Notes: a model not told the origin generated them from the letters alone. A DNA stretch of 64,000 nt from Dorea sp. (GCA_050873945.1 JBNMJT010000001.1:6104-70103), one strand, 5' to 3'; positions 49,837-60,511 are shown, counted from the first letter of the stretch. Numbers and translations are program-made.

Positions 49837-49865
49837 TTGCATTAGAAAATGATAAATATTATACT
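49837..49865 (+). promoter_or_regulatory. Putative sigma-A promoter of the pqqD-pel operon
   Basis: TTGCAT-17bp-TATACT. Confidence 0.5.
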
Positions 49866-49901
49866 GATTACGTTAACATTTTGAATAAAGAAGGTATACG
49901 C

Positions 49902-50183
49902 ATGAAGAGGTCGGAAAATTATGTTCTGCGTCAGCTGGAGGATGAGGTTTTCCTGATTCCACGGGGAAAAAAAGCAGAAGAAATAAACGGAGTTCTTACA
50001 TTAAGTGAGACAGCGGCGTTTATCTACAATCATATAGAAGAAACGGAAGACGAGGAATCCATGGGAAAACTGCTTGCGAAGGAGTATCAGATAGCAGAAG
50101 AAGAAAAAAAGGAACTGAAGACGGATATACAGGAAGTGATCCAGTTCTTTTATGAATATGGAATCGTAGAAGAGACGAGGTGA
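49902..50183 (+). CDS. PqqD family (RiPP recognition element-like) protein
   Basis: YVLRQLEDEVFLIP..LTLSETAAFIYN..LAKEYQI..DIQEVIQFFYEYGIV winged-helix pattern, 93 aa. Confidence 0.85.
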   Translation: MKRSENYVLRQLEDEVFLIPRGKKAEEINGVLTLSETAAFIYNHIEETEDEESMGKLLAKEYQIAEEEKKELKTDIQEVIQFFYEYGIVEETR

Positions 50184-50187
50184 GAAG

Positions 50188-52371
50188 ATGGTAGTATTAT
50201 TGGTTGGCGGCGGCAGCCGGATGATGGATACCATGATCAACAAATTGAATAAATGCGGCCACAGGGTGTATCTGATCACAGGAAAAAAAGAAAGCCATTT
50301 CACATATCCGAGAGTATTCGAGCGATATGATTTTGCATATGACAGTGACAGTATCAAGGAGATATTTGAAAGTGTCAGACCGGATGTTGTTATTTTTCTC
50401 GGAGCATATGATACGAATTACAGCTGGGAACGTTCGAGAAAAGAGGCGGTACAATATACAGCAGATCTGACCAATATGTTATCTGCATATGCAGGCAGCC
50501 ACAAGGGAAGGTTCATCTATCTGTCTTCACAGGAAGTATATGGGAAATCTTACATTGATGATGTTGCCGAGAAAGAGACGGCATCGGCAAAGAATTTCCG
50601 TGCAGTTGCGATCGCACAGGGAGAAGATATCTGCCGGACATATAAGAAGACGCAGGAGATGGATATCGCAATACTGCGGCTGGATCATCTGTATGCAGTC
50701 CCGAAAAAAGGAGAGAAACAGTATAATCCATGCTATCAGATGATACTGGAAGCACTGCGGACGGAGAAGATATCTGCGAACAGAAGAAATCTGTTCTCGA
50801 TGTTGTATGCAGATGATGCAGTAGAATATATCTATGAGGTCATGGAGGCAGAAAAGTTACAACATACATTATATAATATTTCATCAGGAAACGTGATATC
50901 GCAGATGGATCTGGCAGAGATCATACAGAAGTATATGAAGGAAAAGACCGAGATCGCAGAAGTCACGGTAGGAGAGAAATTCCGGCTGGTATTAAACGGG
51001 GAACGCTTTAAAAATGAATTTGACCAGAAGGTATTTGATGATTATGATAAAGGCGTAAAACAGACCGTGGAATATATGCAGAAGCACAGGGATACCTATC
51101 TTCAGAAGGATGATGAGACCGTCAGATGGAGCAGAAAGATCTGGAATAATATGAAGATCATTGCGAAGCTCCTGGTTCCGTATATAGAAAATATGATCTG
51201 CTTTATCCCGTTTTTTATGCTTAATAACAGAGCAGTAGGCAGCCAGTATTTTGACCGCCTGGATTTTTATCTGTTGTATGTGCTGCTTTTTGCAATCGTA
51301 TACGGTCAGCAGCAGGCAGTATTTTCCGGACTTCTTGCAACGGCAGGCTATTGTTTCCGGCAGATGTACCAGCAGAGTGGATTCGATGTTATGCTGAATT
51401 ATAATACCTATGTGTGGATGGCGCAGATATTTATTCTGGGGATGATAGTCGGATATATGCGGGATCAGCTGCATTTCATCAGGCATGAGGATGCAGAAGA
51501 GATCGGCTATCTGAACGGACAGCTTGTTGATATTGCGGATATTAATGACAGTAACGTCCGCATGAAACATACATTTGAAAAGCAGATTGTAAATCATAAG
51601 GACAGTCTTGGAAAGATTTATTCAATCACTTCCAAGCTTGACCAGTATGAACCGGAAGAGGTACTGTTCTATGCGGCACAGATTCTGAAGCAGCTGATGG
51701 AAAGTGATGATATCGCAATCTATTCGGTAGCGAACAGTGATTATGCGAGATTATTCTCATTTACATCACAGACGGCAAAACAGATGGGCAATTCTATTCA
51801 TTACAGTACGATGGATGAGATGTATCAGGAATTAAAAGAACACAGGGTGTTCATTAACCGCAATATGAATCCGGATTATCCGTTGATGGCCAATGCAATC
51901 TATTCGGAGGACGAGATGCAGATCATACTTATGGTATGGGGGATCCCGTGGGAGAGAATGAATCTGGCAGAGGCCAACCGTCTGAGGGTGATCAGTTATC
52001 TGATCCAGAATGCAGTGGTACGTGCCAACCGCTATCTGGATGCGCTGCGGAAAGAGCGGTATATGGAAGGAACAAAGATTCTGGAAGAAGAAGCATTTTC
52101 ACATCTGGTTACTGCGTTTATGAATGCAAAGAAAGACGGACTGGCAGAATGTACATTGCTTGAAATGGATATAAAGAAGGGAAAATTCAAGAAAAAAGAA
52201 GAACTTCTGGAAAAGAATTTAAGAAAATCTGATTATCTTGGAATTATGAATGGAAAACCGTATGTACTGCTTACCAATACAGACAAAAAGAATGCAGAAT
52301 ATGTAATCCGGAGATTCGAGGAAATCGGATGCCATAGCACTGTTTCCGGCAGGGAGGTGGCAGAGTGTTGA
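50188..52371 (+). CDS. pelD: Gram-positive PelD-like protein: degenerate SDR/epimerase domain + TM + GAF + degenerate GGDEF
   Basis: N-terminal Rossmann-like domain (RFIYLSSQEVYG), about 4 TM, YARL GAF segment, LRKSD RxxD site without GGDEF; upstream of pelF/pelG. Confidence 0.8.
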   Translation: MVVLLVGGGSRMMDTMINKLNKCGHRVYLITGKKESHFTYPRVFERYDFAYDSDSIKEIFESVRPDVVIFLGAYDTNYSWERSRKEAVQYTADLTNMLSAYAGSHKGRFIYLSSQEVYGKSYIDDVAEKETASAKNFRAVAIAQGEDICRTYKKTQEMDIAILRLDHLYAVPKKGEKQYNPCYQMILEALRTEKISANRRNLFSMLYADDAVEYIYEVMEAEKLQHTLYNISSGNVISQMDLAEIIQKYMKEKTEIAEVTVGEKFRLVLNGERFKNEFDQKVFDDYDKGVKQTVEYMQKHRDTYLQKDDETVRWSRKIWNNMKIIAKLLVPYIENMICFIPFFMLNNRAVGSQYFDRLDFYLLYVLLFAIVYGQQQAVFSGLLATAGYCFRQMYQQSGFDVMLNYNTYVWMAQIFILGMIVGYMRDQLHFIRHEDAEEIGYLNGQLVDIADINDSNVRMKHTFEKQIVNHKDSLGKIYSITSKLDQYEPEEVLFYAAQILKQLMESDDIAIYSVANSDYARLFSFTSQTAKQMGNSIHYSTMDEMYQELKEHRVFINRNMNPDYPLMANAIYSEDEMQIILMVWGIPWERMNLAEANRLRVISYLIQNAVVRANRYLDALRKERYMEGTKILEEEAFSHLVTAFMNAKKDGLAECTLLEMDIKKGKFKKKEELLEKNLRKSDYLGIMNGKPYVLLTNTDKKNAEYVIRRFEEIGCHSTVSGREVAEC

Positions 52372-53327
52372 CCAGAGAAGAAGTTATATTTCTGATCGTG
52401 TGCATCCTGAATCTGCTGGTGTCGGTTATCTATCTGTTGTATGGGATTCTGATCCGGGCGACAGTTCATGACAAAAAGGAAGAAGAAACAGATCCTGATG
52501 ACAGGCGCATGGAAAACCGGCGGACATATGTGATAAGGTTCGTGGTCATGGTCCTGTGTCCGGTTGTAGGACCGTTGTTTTTCCTGTTCAGTCATCTGAC
52601 ATATATCACCATATTCAGACAGAATGTGGATCTGGATGATGTAGTGTTCAGCAAAGAACGTGTAAAGACAAGGCTGAAAGCGGATGAAGAAAGAGAACGG
52701 GATATGGTTCCGCTGGAAGAAGCGCTGGCAGTCAGTGACCAGAAAAGTGTCCGTATGCTGATGCTCAATGTGATACGGGGAAATGTAAAAGAATCTCTGG
52801 AAACAATCATGCTGGCACTGGACAGTGAAGATTCGGAGACGTCACATTATGCAGCATCGGTACTCCGTGATGAACTGAATGAATTCCGTGCGAATGTACA
52901 GGAATTATACGGTGCGATGATGGAGGAAGAAGAGGATGAGACAGAATGTGAAGAGATGCTGATCGACTATATGGATATGGTACTGGGTCAGAAAATCTTT
53001 GACATAATGGAACAGACCCGATTTGTAGAAATGATGGATCAGGCGGGGGAAGCCCTGTACAGGAAGAAAGCACAGGCTCTGACGCCGGAGCGTTATGAGG
53101 GACTCTGTCTGAAACTACTGGAATTAAAGCAATTTGAAAAGACAGAAAAATGGTGTGAAAGACTGGAACAACAGTATCCGGATGAGCTGGAGGCATATAC
53201 ATGCCGGTTAAAATTGTATTTTACAATGAATGACAGGACAAGATTCTTCCAGGTACTGGATGACATAAAGCGGTCAAATGTCGTAATAGACAGTGAGACA
53301 TTGGAAATGATCAGAATATTCAGTTAA
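52365..53327 (+). CDS. pelE: PelE-like membrane protein with TPR-like C-terminus
   Basis: Two TM, MVPLEEAL, LALDSEDSETSHYAAS; position after pelD. Confidence 0.7.
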   Translation: MLTREEVIFLIVCILNLLVSVIYLLYGILIRATVHDKKEEETDPDDRRMENRRTYVIRFVVMVLCPVVGPLFFLFSHLTYITIFRQNVDLDDVVFSKERVKTRLKADEERERDMVPLEEALAVSDQKSVRMLMLNVIRGNVKESLETIMLALDSEDSETSHYAASVLRDELNEFRANVQELYGAMMEEEEDETECEEMLIDYMDMVLGQKIFDIMEQTRFVEMMDQAGEALYRKKAQALTPERYEGLCLKLLELKQFEKTEKWCERLEQQYPDELEAYTCRLKLYFTMNDRTRFFQVLDDIKRSNVVIDSETLEMIRIFS

Positions 53328-53338
53328 AAGCTAAGGAG

Positions 53339-55705
53339 GTGAAAGGAATGTCTATGAATGTACTGACAATTATACAGATCACAGAAGTTTTTGTATGTTA
53401 TACGCTCATAACATTACTTTTACCGTGGATATTATTGAGAAAAACGATCGCACATTTTACCGTTCCTGAACGGATCATGGGCTATTTTCTTGCGGGCAAT
53501 ATTTATATTATATATATAGTATTTCTTCTGGAATTTCTGCATATTTCCGGAAGGATTACTTTGATCATTGGAACACTTCTTCCTTTTGCAGCTGCGGTAT
53601 ACAGAAAGAAAAAAGGACAGATTCCGGAGATACTTGAAAGTTATATGCGGAAGATCCGGTATCTTCTGCATGGGGAGATGGGATGGAAGACCCTTCTGTT
53701 TGCAAGACCTGAAAAAGAGAGAAGAGCCATTACAAAAGCAGATATAAAACGGTGGGCCGGTTATATGCCGGATGTGCTGCTGACGCTTCTGGTCGTAACC
53801 GGTGTATTTTATGTATATGGGAAAAATGCTGTGACGGTTTACGGATATAAGGCATCGGATATGCCGGTACATACATACTGGGTCAATCTGATGGATGAGA
53901 ATCATATATTTGGTGCCGGTGTGTATCCGCATGGGTTCCACTGTATCGTATATTATCTGCATGCAGTGTTTGGATTTAAAACGTATGTAGTGATGCGTGT
54001 GTTTGGTGTTGTCCAGACAGTGTTTATCCATCTTGCGCTGCTGGTCCCGCTGCGGGGACTTTGTAAGACGAGATTTGCACCGTATGCCGGAACCGCCATA
54101 TATCTGCTTGGTGATTTCTTTAAGCGTGATACGTATGCAAGATATGCAAGTACGCTTCCACAGGAATATGGAATGCTGTTTATATTTCCGACGCTCTACT
54201 TTGCGGTGGCATTTCTGCAGAAATATTCCGAAGAGGATGAAGATGCCGTCAAAAAGAGAAAATGGTACCTGCTGGGGTTGATCATCAGTTTCTCACTGAC
54301 TCTGACCGTACATTTTTACAATACGATGATTGCAGGAGTTCTGTGCGTGGGTATAGCGGCCGGATATTTTTTCAGATGTTTCCGCTGGAAATATCTGAAG
54401 CAGCTGATCGTTGCGGCAATCCTGAGTGTTGTACTGGCAGTGATCCCGATGGCGATAGGAGTAGCACTTGGCAATCCTCTGCAGGGATCGCTTTACTGGG
54501 GAATGAATATTATCAAGGGAACTGCGAATGAAGACGGAAGCGTGAATACCGGGACGGATAAGACCGTCATAAAAGACAAAGACGGAAATGAAGTGACGGT
54601 TGTAGGAGATGTTGATCAGGAGACGATTGAAAAGATAAAGAATGGAACCATCTCCGGCGGAGAGAAGACGACAGAAAAAACAACCGGATCAAAGCAGAAA
54701 AAGGCAAATACGTCCATAAAGAAGAAGTTAAAAGATAAATTCGAAATGATGTTAAGGCAGACACAGAATTATCTTACAAATGATAATTACCGGGCGGCAC
54801 AGGCATTATGCGGCTGTATTGTGCTGTCTCTGATCCTTGGTCTGGTCAGTATGGTATTCAGAAGGACAGACTATGGTGGAATGTTATGGTCTGTCGGCAT
54901 CTATATGGCATTGATGTTTTTCATGCAGTCACTGAAAGCACTGGGACTGCCGGAGCTGATGGACGCCACCAGAACGGCGATCTTCCTGGCATATTCCACA
55001 GGAGTTCTGACAGCAGTGGTACTGGATGCGGTATTTTATCTGATATTCGGGTGGATGAAACGGACATGGTTAATGAATCTGGCTGTATTACTGGTGATCA
55101 TTGCCGGTGGTTATGGAATGGAAGAGAATCATCTTTATAAAAAACCGATCCATACATCGGCACTGGAAAAAAATGCAGCGGTTACATGTCTGACGAATAT
55201 CATCAGGAATAATGAGAAATATACATGGACGATATGTTCGGCCAATGATGAGACAGAAATGGTAAAAGGAAGCGGGTATCATTATGAGACAATTACCTTC
55301 CTGAAAGAGATGCGTGATATTAACAAGAATCCGGTTGTGGAATTACCGACGGATACGGTATATTTCTTTATTGAAAAAGTGCCGATCAACTATGCGAACC
55401 AGATTGATCCGAAAGTATGGAAATCAAAAAGAGTTTCCGAAAAACTGGCAGCAAAACCCCTTTGCTTTAAGACGGGACTTGCACCGTACATGAAGACGGA
55501 ACGTCAGGTTACCATGTCTCATATGTATTACTGGGCACAGCGTTTCATGGAGCTGTATCCGAACAGCATGGAAGTGTATTATGAAGATGACACATTTGTA
55601 TGTTACAGGGTCAGCCAGAATGGATATAATCTGTATAATTTTGCAATTGATTATGGATATAATAATCCGGCAGGAAAAAGCGGGAAGACAGCAGAGCAGA
55701 AATAA
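53339..55705 (+). CDS. Large multi-pass membrane protein, possible GT-C fold glycosyltransferase/polymer-modifying enzyme
   Basis: More than 10 TM; SDMPVHTYW and GVYPHGFH in an early loop; alternative start 53348. Confidence 0.55.
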   Translation: MKGMSMNVLTIIQITEVFVCYTLITLLLPWILLRKTIAHFTVPERIMGYFLAGNIYIIYIVFLLEFLHISGRITLIIGTLLPFAAAVYRKKKGQIPEILESYMRKIRYLLHGEMGWKTLLFARPEKERRAITKADIKRWAGYMPDVLLTLLVVTGVFYVYGKNAVTVYGYKASDMPVHTYWVNLMDENHIFGAGVYPHGFHCIVYYLHAVFGFKTYVVMRVFGVVQTVFIHLALLVPLRGLCKTRFAPYAGTAIYLLGDFFKRDTYARYASTLPQEYGMLFIFPTLYFAVAFLQKYSEEDEDAVKKRKWYLLGLIISFSLTLTVHFYNTMIAGVLCVGIAAGYFFRCFRWKYLKQLIVAAILSVVLAVIPMAIGVALGNPLQGSLYWGMNIIKGTANEDGSVNTGTDKTVIKDKDGNEVTVVGDVDQETIEKIKNGTISGGEKTTEKTTGSKQKKANTSIKKKLKDKFEMMLRQTQNYLTNDNYRAAQALCGCIVLSLILGLVSMVFRRTDYGGMLWSVGIYMALMFFMQSLKALGLPELMDATRTAIFLAYSTGVLTAVVLDAVFYLIFGWMKRTWLMNLAVLLVIIAGGYGMEENHLYKKPIHTSALEKNAAVTCLTNIIRNNEKYTWTICSANDETEMVKGSGYHYETITFLKEMRDINKNPVVELPTDTVYFFIEKVPINYANQIDPKVWKSKRVSEKLAAKPLCFKTGLAPYMKTERQVTMSHMYYWAQRFMELYPNSMEVYYEDDTFVCYRVSQNGYNLYNFAIDYGYNNPAGKSGKTAEQK

Positions 55706-55720
55706 AAGGAGAGCAGACGT

Positions 55721-57547
55721 ATGGTATCACGGAGAAATTTTTTTGCAATCATGATTGTGATGGCAATTATACTTTTCTTATTTCAATTTTCGAATATTGC
55801 GAAGGAAAGATGGAACCATTATGAAGATAATTCCTATGTTGTAAAAAAAGAAAATCTGCCGGGAAAAAGCAGCGTATATGAGGCCGGTCAGGATAAAAGT
55901 GTATCCGGACAGGTTGTATATATCGGAAAAGGCGGAGAGGATTCCTGCAAGAGTACGACGGAAAACTGGGCAGGCTATATGAAAAAAGGAATGGCATCTT
56001 ATACTTCTTTTTCTGCATATGATCAGGCTGTTTCGGAAGGTTCCGTGAAGACACCGGAGCTTATGATCATCGAGTCGGAGGACATCAACTGGAAAGATCC
56101 GTCGGAAATCCGTCAGATGAAAGCATATGTGGATGCCGGGATCAATCTGATATTCAGTAAGATGCCGGGGCTGGAGCTGATCAGGGAAAATAAAGAGATC
56201 CGCAGTCTGCTTGGAATCTATTCTGTGCAGAAAGACCAGGTAAAAGTAAAAGGAATTGAATTGTATGAAGGATTTCTTCTCGGAGGTAATACATTTTACG
56301 AGGCAGAGACGAAAGAAGAAAAGAAAAACCAGGACTTTAATCTGGAGTTCCCATGGTACAAGCTGGAAACCGGAACAACACGGTACATGCGGGGAATCAT
56401 GAAAAGTGAGAAGATTAAACGTGATAAGTATCCGCCGCTGATCTGGAGTAAGAGTTTTGATACGGCAAAAGTATTTGTGGTAAACGGGGATTTTATGGAT
56501 GATGCGACAGGACTTGGAATGCTGACGGGGTTCCTGTACGAGACGAATGAGTATACACTTTATCCGGTGGTGAATGCGCAGAATCTGATCCTTGCCAACT
56601 ATCCGGGAATGGCAGAAGAAAACGATGAAAAGATGCAGAAGCTTTACAGTCAGTCGCTGAGAGGGGTATTCCGGGACATTGTATGGCCGTCAGCGGCATC
56701 TGTGTATGAGAATAATAAACTGGGACTGACCTGTATGCTGGCTCCCCAGTTTGATTATAACGACGATAATGAACCGGAGGAACAGGATCTGGAATATTAT
56801 CTGCGGCTGATCAATGAAGAAAGAGGAGAGACCGGCCTGTCGGGATACAGTGTTTCTGACACGGAGATCAGCGAGAAGTTAAAGAAAGATGATGCATTTA
56901 TCCAGAAAAAAGTCCCGGGATATGAGTTCGCATCCTTTTATCAGGGAAATCTCAGTGAGAAGGAACTGAAAACGGCACTGGAGGAACCTGTACTGGACAG
57001 TGTACGCACGGTTATACAGGCGAATGAAAAGGACAGTGATCTGATTGGATACCAGAACAGCTATGTGACAAAACAAAAAACAGTGATCAGCGGGTTCAAG
57101 CATACATACCGGGATGATTTCCGGATGAAAAGTGTGGAATCGGCACTTGGATACAGCAGTATTCTTACGGATATGTCCAAGGTGGCTTATCCGGAGAATG
57201 ATAAGGATGTATGGGAAAAGCTGAGTGAGAAATTCGCTTCCTATACAAGTTCCTACTGGAAGGCGTTCTCTGATTTTGACGGAACAACGACAGCAGAGAC
57301 GGATCTGAGAATCCGGAACTTCCTGGCATTGAATTACAGCCAGAAAAAAGAAAACGATACGATTACACTGGACATTGACAATGCAGGGGATACTTCGTGG
57401 ATTATTCTGAGAACGCATGACCGCGGGATTGAAAAAGTCACAGGTGGAAGTTATAAAAAAATTGAAGATGATGCATGGCTGATACAGGCAGAAAAAAGTC
57501 ATGTAACGATAAAGCTGAAATCTACAGAAAAGATGTTTTATAAGTAG
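55721..57547 (+). CDS. DUF2194 / PelA deacetylase-like protein, catalytic motifs apparently degenerate
   Basis: N-terminal TM; YPVVNAQNLILANYP, DIVWP, GETGLSGY; directly before pelF. Confidence 0.7.
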   Translation: MVSRRNFFAIMIVMAIILFLFQFSNIAKERWNHYEDNSYVVKKENLPGKSSVYEAGQDKSVSGQVVYIGKGGEDSCKSTTENWAGYMKKGMASYTSFSAYDQAVSEGSVKTPELMIIESEDINWKDPSEIRQMKAYVDAGINLIFSKMPGLELIRENKEIRSLLGIYSVQKDQVKVKGIELYEGFLLGGNTFYEAETKEEKKNQDFNLEFPWYKLETGTTRYMRGIMKSEKIKRDKYPPLIWSKSFDTAKVFVVNGDFMDDATGLGMLTGFLYETNEYTLYPVVNAQNLILANYPGMAEENDEKMQKLYSQSLRGVFRDIVWPSAASVYENNKLGLTCMLAPQFDYNDDNEPEEQDLEYYLRLINEERGETGLSGYSVSDTEISEKLKKDDAFIQKKVPGYEFASFYQGNLSEKELKTALEEPVLDSVRTVIQANEKDSDLIGYQNSYVTKQKTVISGFKHTYRDDFRMKSVESALGYSSILTDMSKVAYPENDKDVWEKLSEKFASYTSSYWKAFSDFDGTTTAETDLRIRNFLALNYSQKKENDTITLDIDNAGDTSWIILRTHDRGIEKVTGGSYKKIEDDAWLIQAEKSHVTIKLKSTEKMFYK

Positions 57548-57597
57548 GCATATTTGATGAAGCATATATAACGGAGTATACTTAGAAGGAGAATAGA

Positions 57598-59061
57598 ATG
57601 CGGGTATGTATTGTGGCAGAAGGATGTTATCCTTATGTGGTAGGAGGTGTATCCAGCTGGATACACAGCCTGATCAAGTTATTTCCGAAAACAGAATTTG
57701 TGATCCTGGCAATTGTAGCAAACCGGTCCTTACGCGGAAAGTATGTATATGAACTGCCGGAAAATGTATCAGAGGTCCACGAATTATATCTGGATGATGT
57801 AGACTGGAATAAAAGACGCGGCCGCAGAAAGAAAATGACAAAAGAACAATACCAGGCACTCAGAAGTCTTGTGCTCAATCAGAATGTAGAATGGAATATC
57901 TTATTTGATATGTTCCAGAAAGAAGATATATCGGTAAATGACATTCTGATGGGAGAAGATTTCCTGCGGGCAGTAAAAGAATGTTACCGGTTAAAGTACA
58001 GCCAGATCGTATTTTCTGATTTCCTGTGGACGATGCGGTCGATCTATCTGCCGTTGTTTTTCACACTGCAGATGGAGATTCCGAAGGCTGATCTGTACCA
58101 TTGTGTGGCGACCGGGTATGCCGGCGTGTTAGGGGCAATGGCAAAGCACATATATGGAAGCCGGCTTCTGATATCGGAGCACGGTATTTATACAAGGGAA
58201 AGAGAAGAAGAACTGATAAAGGCCAGCTGGGTACAGGGTGTTTATAAGAATATATGGATCGAACAGTTCCGTAAGATGTCCAGACTGGCTTATCAGGAGG
58301 GTGAACTGATCACAAGTCTGTTCGAACATGCCAGAGAGCTTCAGATCGAACTGGATTGTCCGGAAGAGAAGACGATGGTAACGCCGAACGGAATACGTGT
58401 CGGGGATTTTCAGGATATTCCGGGAAAGACCCCGGAGGATGATGGCAGGATCAATATCGGTGCGGTCTTAAGGGTAACACCGATCAAGGATGTAAAGACG
58501 ATGATCCAGGCATTCGGCTTTGCAAAGAAAAGAGAACCGAGGTTAAAATTATGGATCATGGGGCCATGCGAAGAAGATCCGGAATACGCACAGGAATGCT
58601 TTGACCTTGTAGAAAATATGCAGATTGAAGATGTGGTATTTACGGGAAGGATCAATGTCAGGGAATATCTTGGCAGGATGGATATGACGATTCTTACCAG
58701 TATCAGTGAAGGACAGCCATTGACGATCCTGGAAGGATTTGCAGCGCACAAACCGGCGATCGCTACGGATGTGGGAAACTGCAGCGGTCTGATCCACGGG
58801 GAAAGTGATACGTATGGTGATGCGGGGATCATAGCGCATATTATGAACGTGTCGGAGATCACGGAAGCCATGCTGTTTCTTGCCAGAAAAGAAGAGACAC
58901 GCCTTCAGATGGGTGAAAATGGATATAAACGTGTTATGAACAAATACCGTATCGAATATATGCAGGATACGTACTGGAAGATATACAAAGATTTTGCAGA
59001 AAGTCTGAATCTTAAATGGGAAGAAGAAAGGACTGTCATAGATGGCGGGAATAGGTGTTAA
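57598..59061 (+). CDS. pelF: GT4 glycosyltransferase PelF (DUF3492)
   Basis: EGCYPYVVGGVSSW, ATGYAG, SEHGIYTREREEE, RVTPIKDVKT, SISEGQPL. Confidence 0.93.
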   Translation: MRVCIVAEGCYPYVVGGVSSWIHSLIKLFPKTEFVILAIVANRSLRGKYVYELPENVSEVHELYLDDVDWNKRRGRRKKMTKEQYQALRSLVLNQNVEWNILFDMFQKEDISVNDILMGEDFLRAVKECYRLKYSQIVFSDFLWTMRSIYLPLFFTLQMEIPKADLYHCVATGYAGVLGAMAKHIYGSRLLISEHGIYTREREEELIKASWVQGVYKNIWIEQFRKMSRLAYQEGELITSLFEHARELQIELDCPEEKTMVTPNGIRVGDFQDIPGKTPEDDGRINIGAVLRVTPIKDVKTMIQAFGFAKKREPRLKLWIMGPCEEDPEYAQECFDLVENMQIEDVVFTGRINVREYLGRMDMTILTSISEGQPLTILEGFAAHKPAIATDVGNCSGLIHGESDTYGDAGIIAHIMNVSEITEAMLFLARKEETRLQMGENGYKRVMNKYRIEYMQDTYWKIYKDFAESLNLKWEEERTVIDGGNRC

Positions 59062-60511
59062 GCTTAATAAAATATTTGAAAAAAATACATTAACAACAGA
59101 TATGGCAGGATTCATGTACAGTGTTGTCGTGACGATCGCACCGATGATGGTAGTGATCCTGAATCTGATCTTGATGGAGCATGTACTGGGATTTTCAAAA
59201 ATAGGATATGCAGAAAGAGAATTGTTTTCCTGTACGATCCTGTATACATTTATATTTTCCCTGTTGACTGCGGCGCCTTTCAACAGTGTACTGTCGAGAT
59301 ATATGTCGGATGTTATCTACGAAGAACGGTATCAGGATATTCTTCCATGCTATTATCTTGGGATGATGATGAACATTATACTGAGCTGCCTGGTTGGAAT
59401 TCCGTTCTGTATCAGAGAGCATTTTGTTGGAGGTGTCTCAGTTGCATATGTGTTCGTCGGATTCTGTGGATATATCAGTCTGGTGCTGGTATTCTATTCC
59501 ATGATCTATCTGTCGATCTGTAAAGATTATCAGCGCATATCGCTGTATTACTTTGTGGGAATGGTTCTTGCATTCATCGTGGCAGTGGTACTCAGGTTCC
59601 TTTTTCACTGGGGTGTGTGCCAGAGTATGCTTCTGGGAATGACGATGGGATTCTTCCTGACGGCAGTACTGGAAAACGCCCTGATCAAAAGGTATTTCCG
59701 GGAGAACAGTAACCGTTATAAACCGGTGCTTCAGTATTTCAGAAAATACTGGCAGCTGGTGGTTACGAACTTTCTGTATATACTGGGACTTTATATCCAC
59801 AACTTTGTATTCTGGACGACCGATGCGAGGATGATTGTAGTAAAAAGCTTTGTATGTAATCAGCCTTACGATATGGCGAGCTGTCTTGCCATGTTTACCA
59901 ATATATCGGCGACGGTTATATTCATTGCAAGGGTAGAGATGCATTTCCATGAGAAATATAAGCTGTATTCAGAGGCTGTTATCGGAGGCCGGGGATCGGA
60001 CATTGAGACGACGAAACAGCGGATGTTCCGCCAGCTGGCAAGTGAACTGATGACGCTGGTCAGAATCCAGTTTATTATATCTGTCGTGGTGTATCTGTTA
60101 TTTATCATCTTCCTTCCGCGGATGGGATTTGGCGGGATGACGATGAAGATCTATCCGATGCTGGCAGCCGGTTATTTTGTATTATTTGTCATGTATTCGG
60201 CGATCATCTTCTTGTATTATTTTAATGATCTGACAGGAGCGGTCTATACGGCGGTTGGATTTTGTCTGGTGACGTTCATTGGAAGTCTGATTGCAACGCA
60301 ACAGTCCATGATCTGGTATGGTACCGGATTGTTTGCAGGGGCTCTGAACGGATGGACGATCGCGTATGTAAGGATCCGGTGGGTGGAAAAACATATGGAT
60401 GCACATATTTTCTGCCGCGGTAATCTGATCGCAAATGGAAAGGGAAAGAAGCCGTCGGGGCTTGTATATAAAAAGAAAGCAGAACTGGAAGAAGGAGAGA
60501 GCAGAGTATGA
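59042..60511 (+). CDS. pelG: Pel exopolysaccharide transporter PelG
   Basis: MAGIGVKL start, SRYMSDVIY, YDMASCLA, about 12 TM. Confidence 0.93.
   Translation: MAGIGVKLNKIFEKNTLTTDMAGFMYSVVVTIAPMMVVILNLILMEHVLGFSKIGYAERELFSCTILYTFIFSLLTAAPFNSVLSRYMSDVIYEERYQDILPCYYLGMMMNIILSCLVGIPFCIREHFVGGVSVAYVFVGFCGYISLVLVFYSMIYLSICKDYQRISLYYFVGMVLAFIVAVVLRFLFHWGVCQSMLLGMTMGFFLTAVLENALIKRYFRENSNRYKPVLQYFRKYWQLVVTNFLYILGLYIHNFVFWTTDARMIVVKSFVCNQPYDMASCLAMFTNISATVIFIARVEMHFHEKYKLYSEAVIGGRGSDIETTKQRMFRQLASELMTLVRIQFIISVVVYLLFIIFLPRMGFGGMTMKIYPMLAAGYFVLFVMYSAIIFLYYFNDLTGAVYTAVGFCLVTFIGSLIATQQSMIWYGTGLFAGALNGWTIAYVRIRWVEKHMDAHIFCRGNLIANGKGKKPSGLVYKKKAELEEGESRV

Noticed and set aside
48577-50183. Lasso peptide/RiPP cluster
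   Set aside because: No precursor, cyclase, peptidase or radical SAM gene in the window
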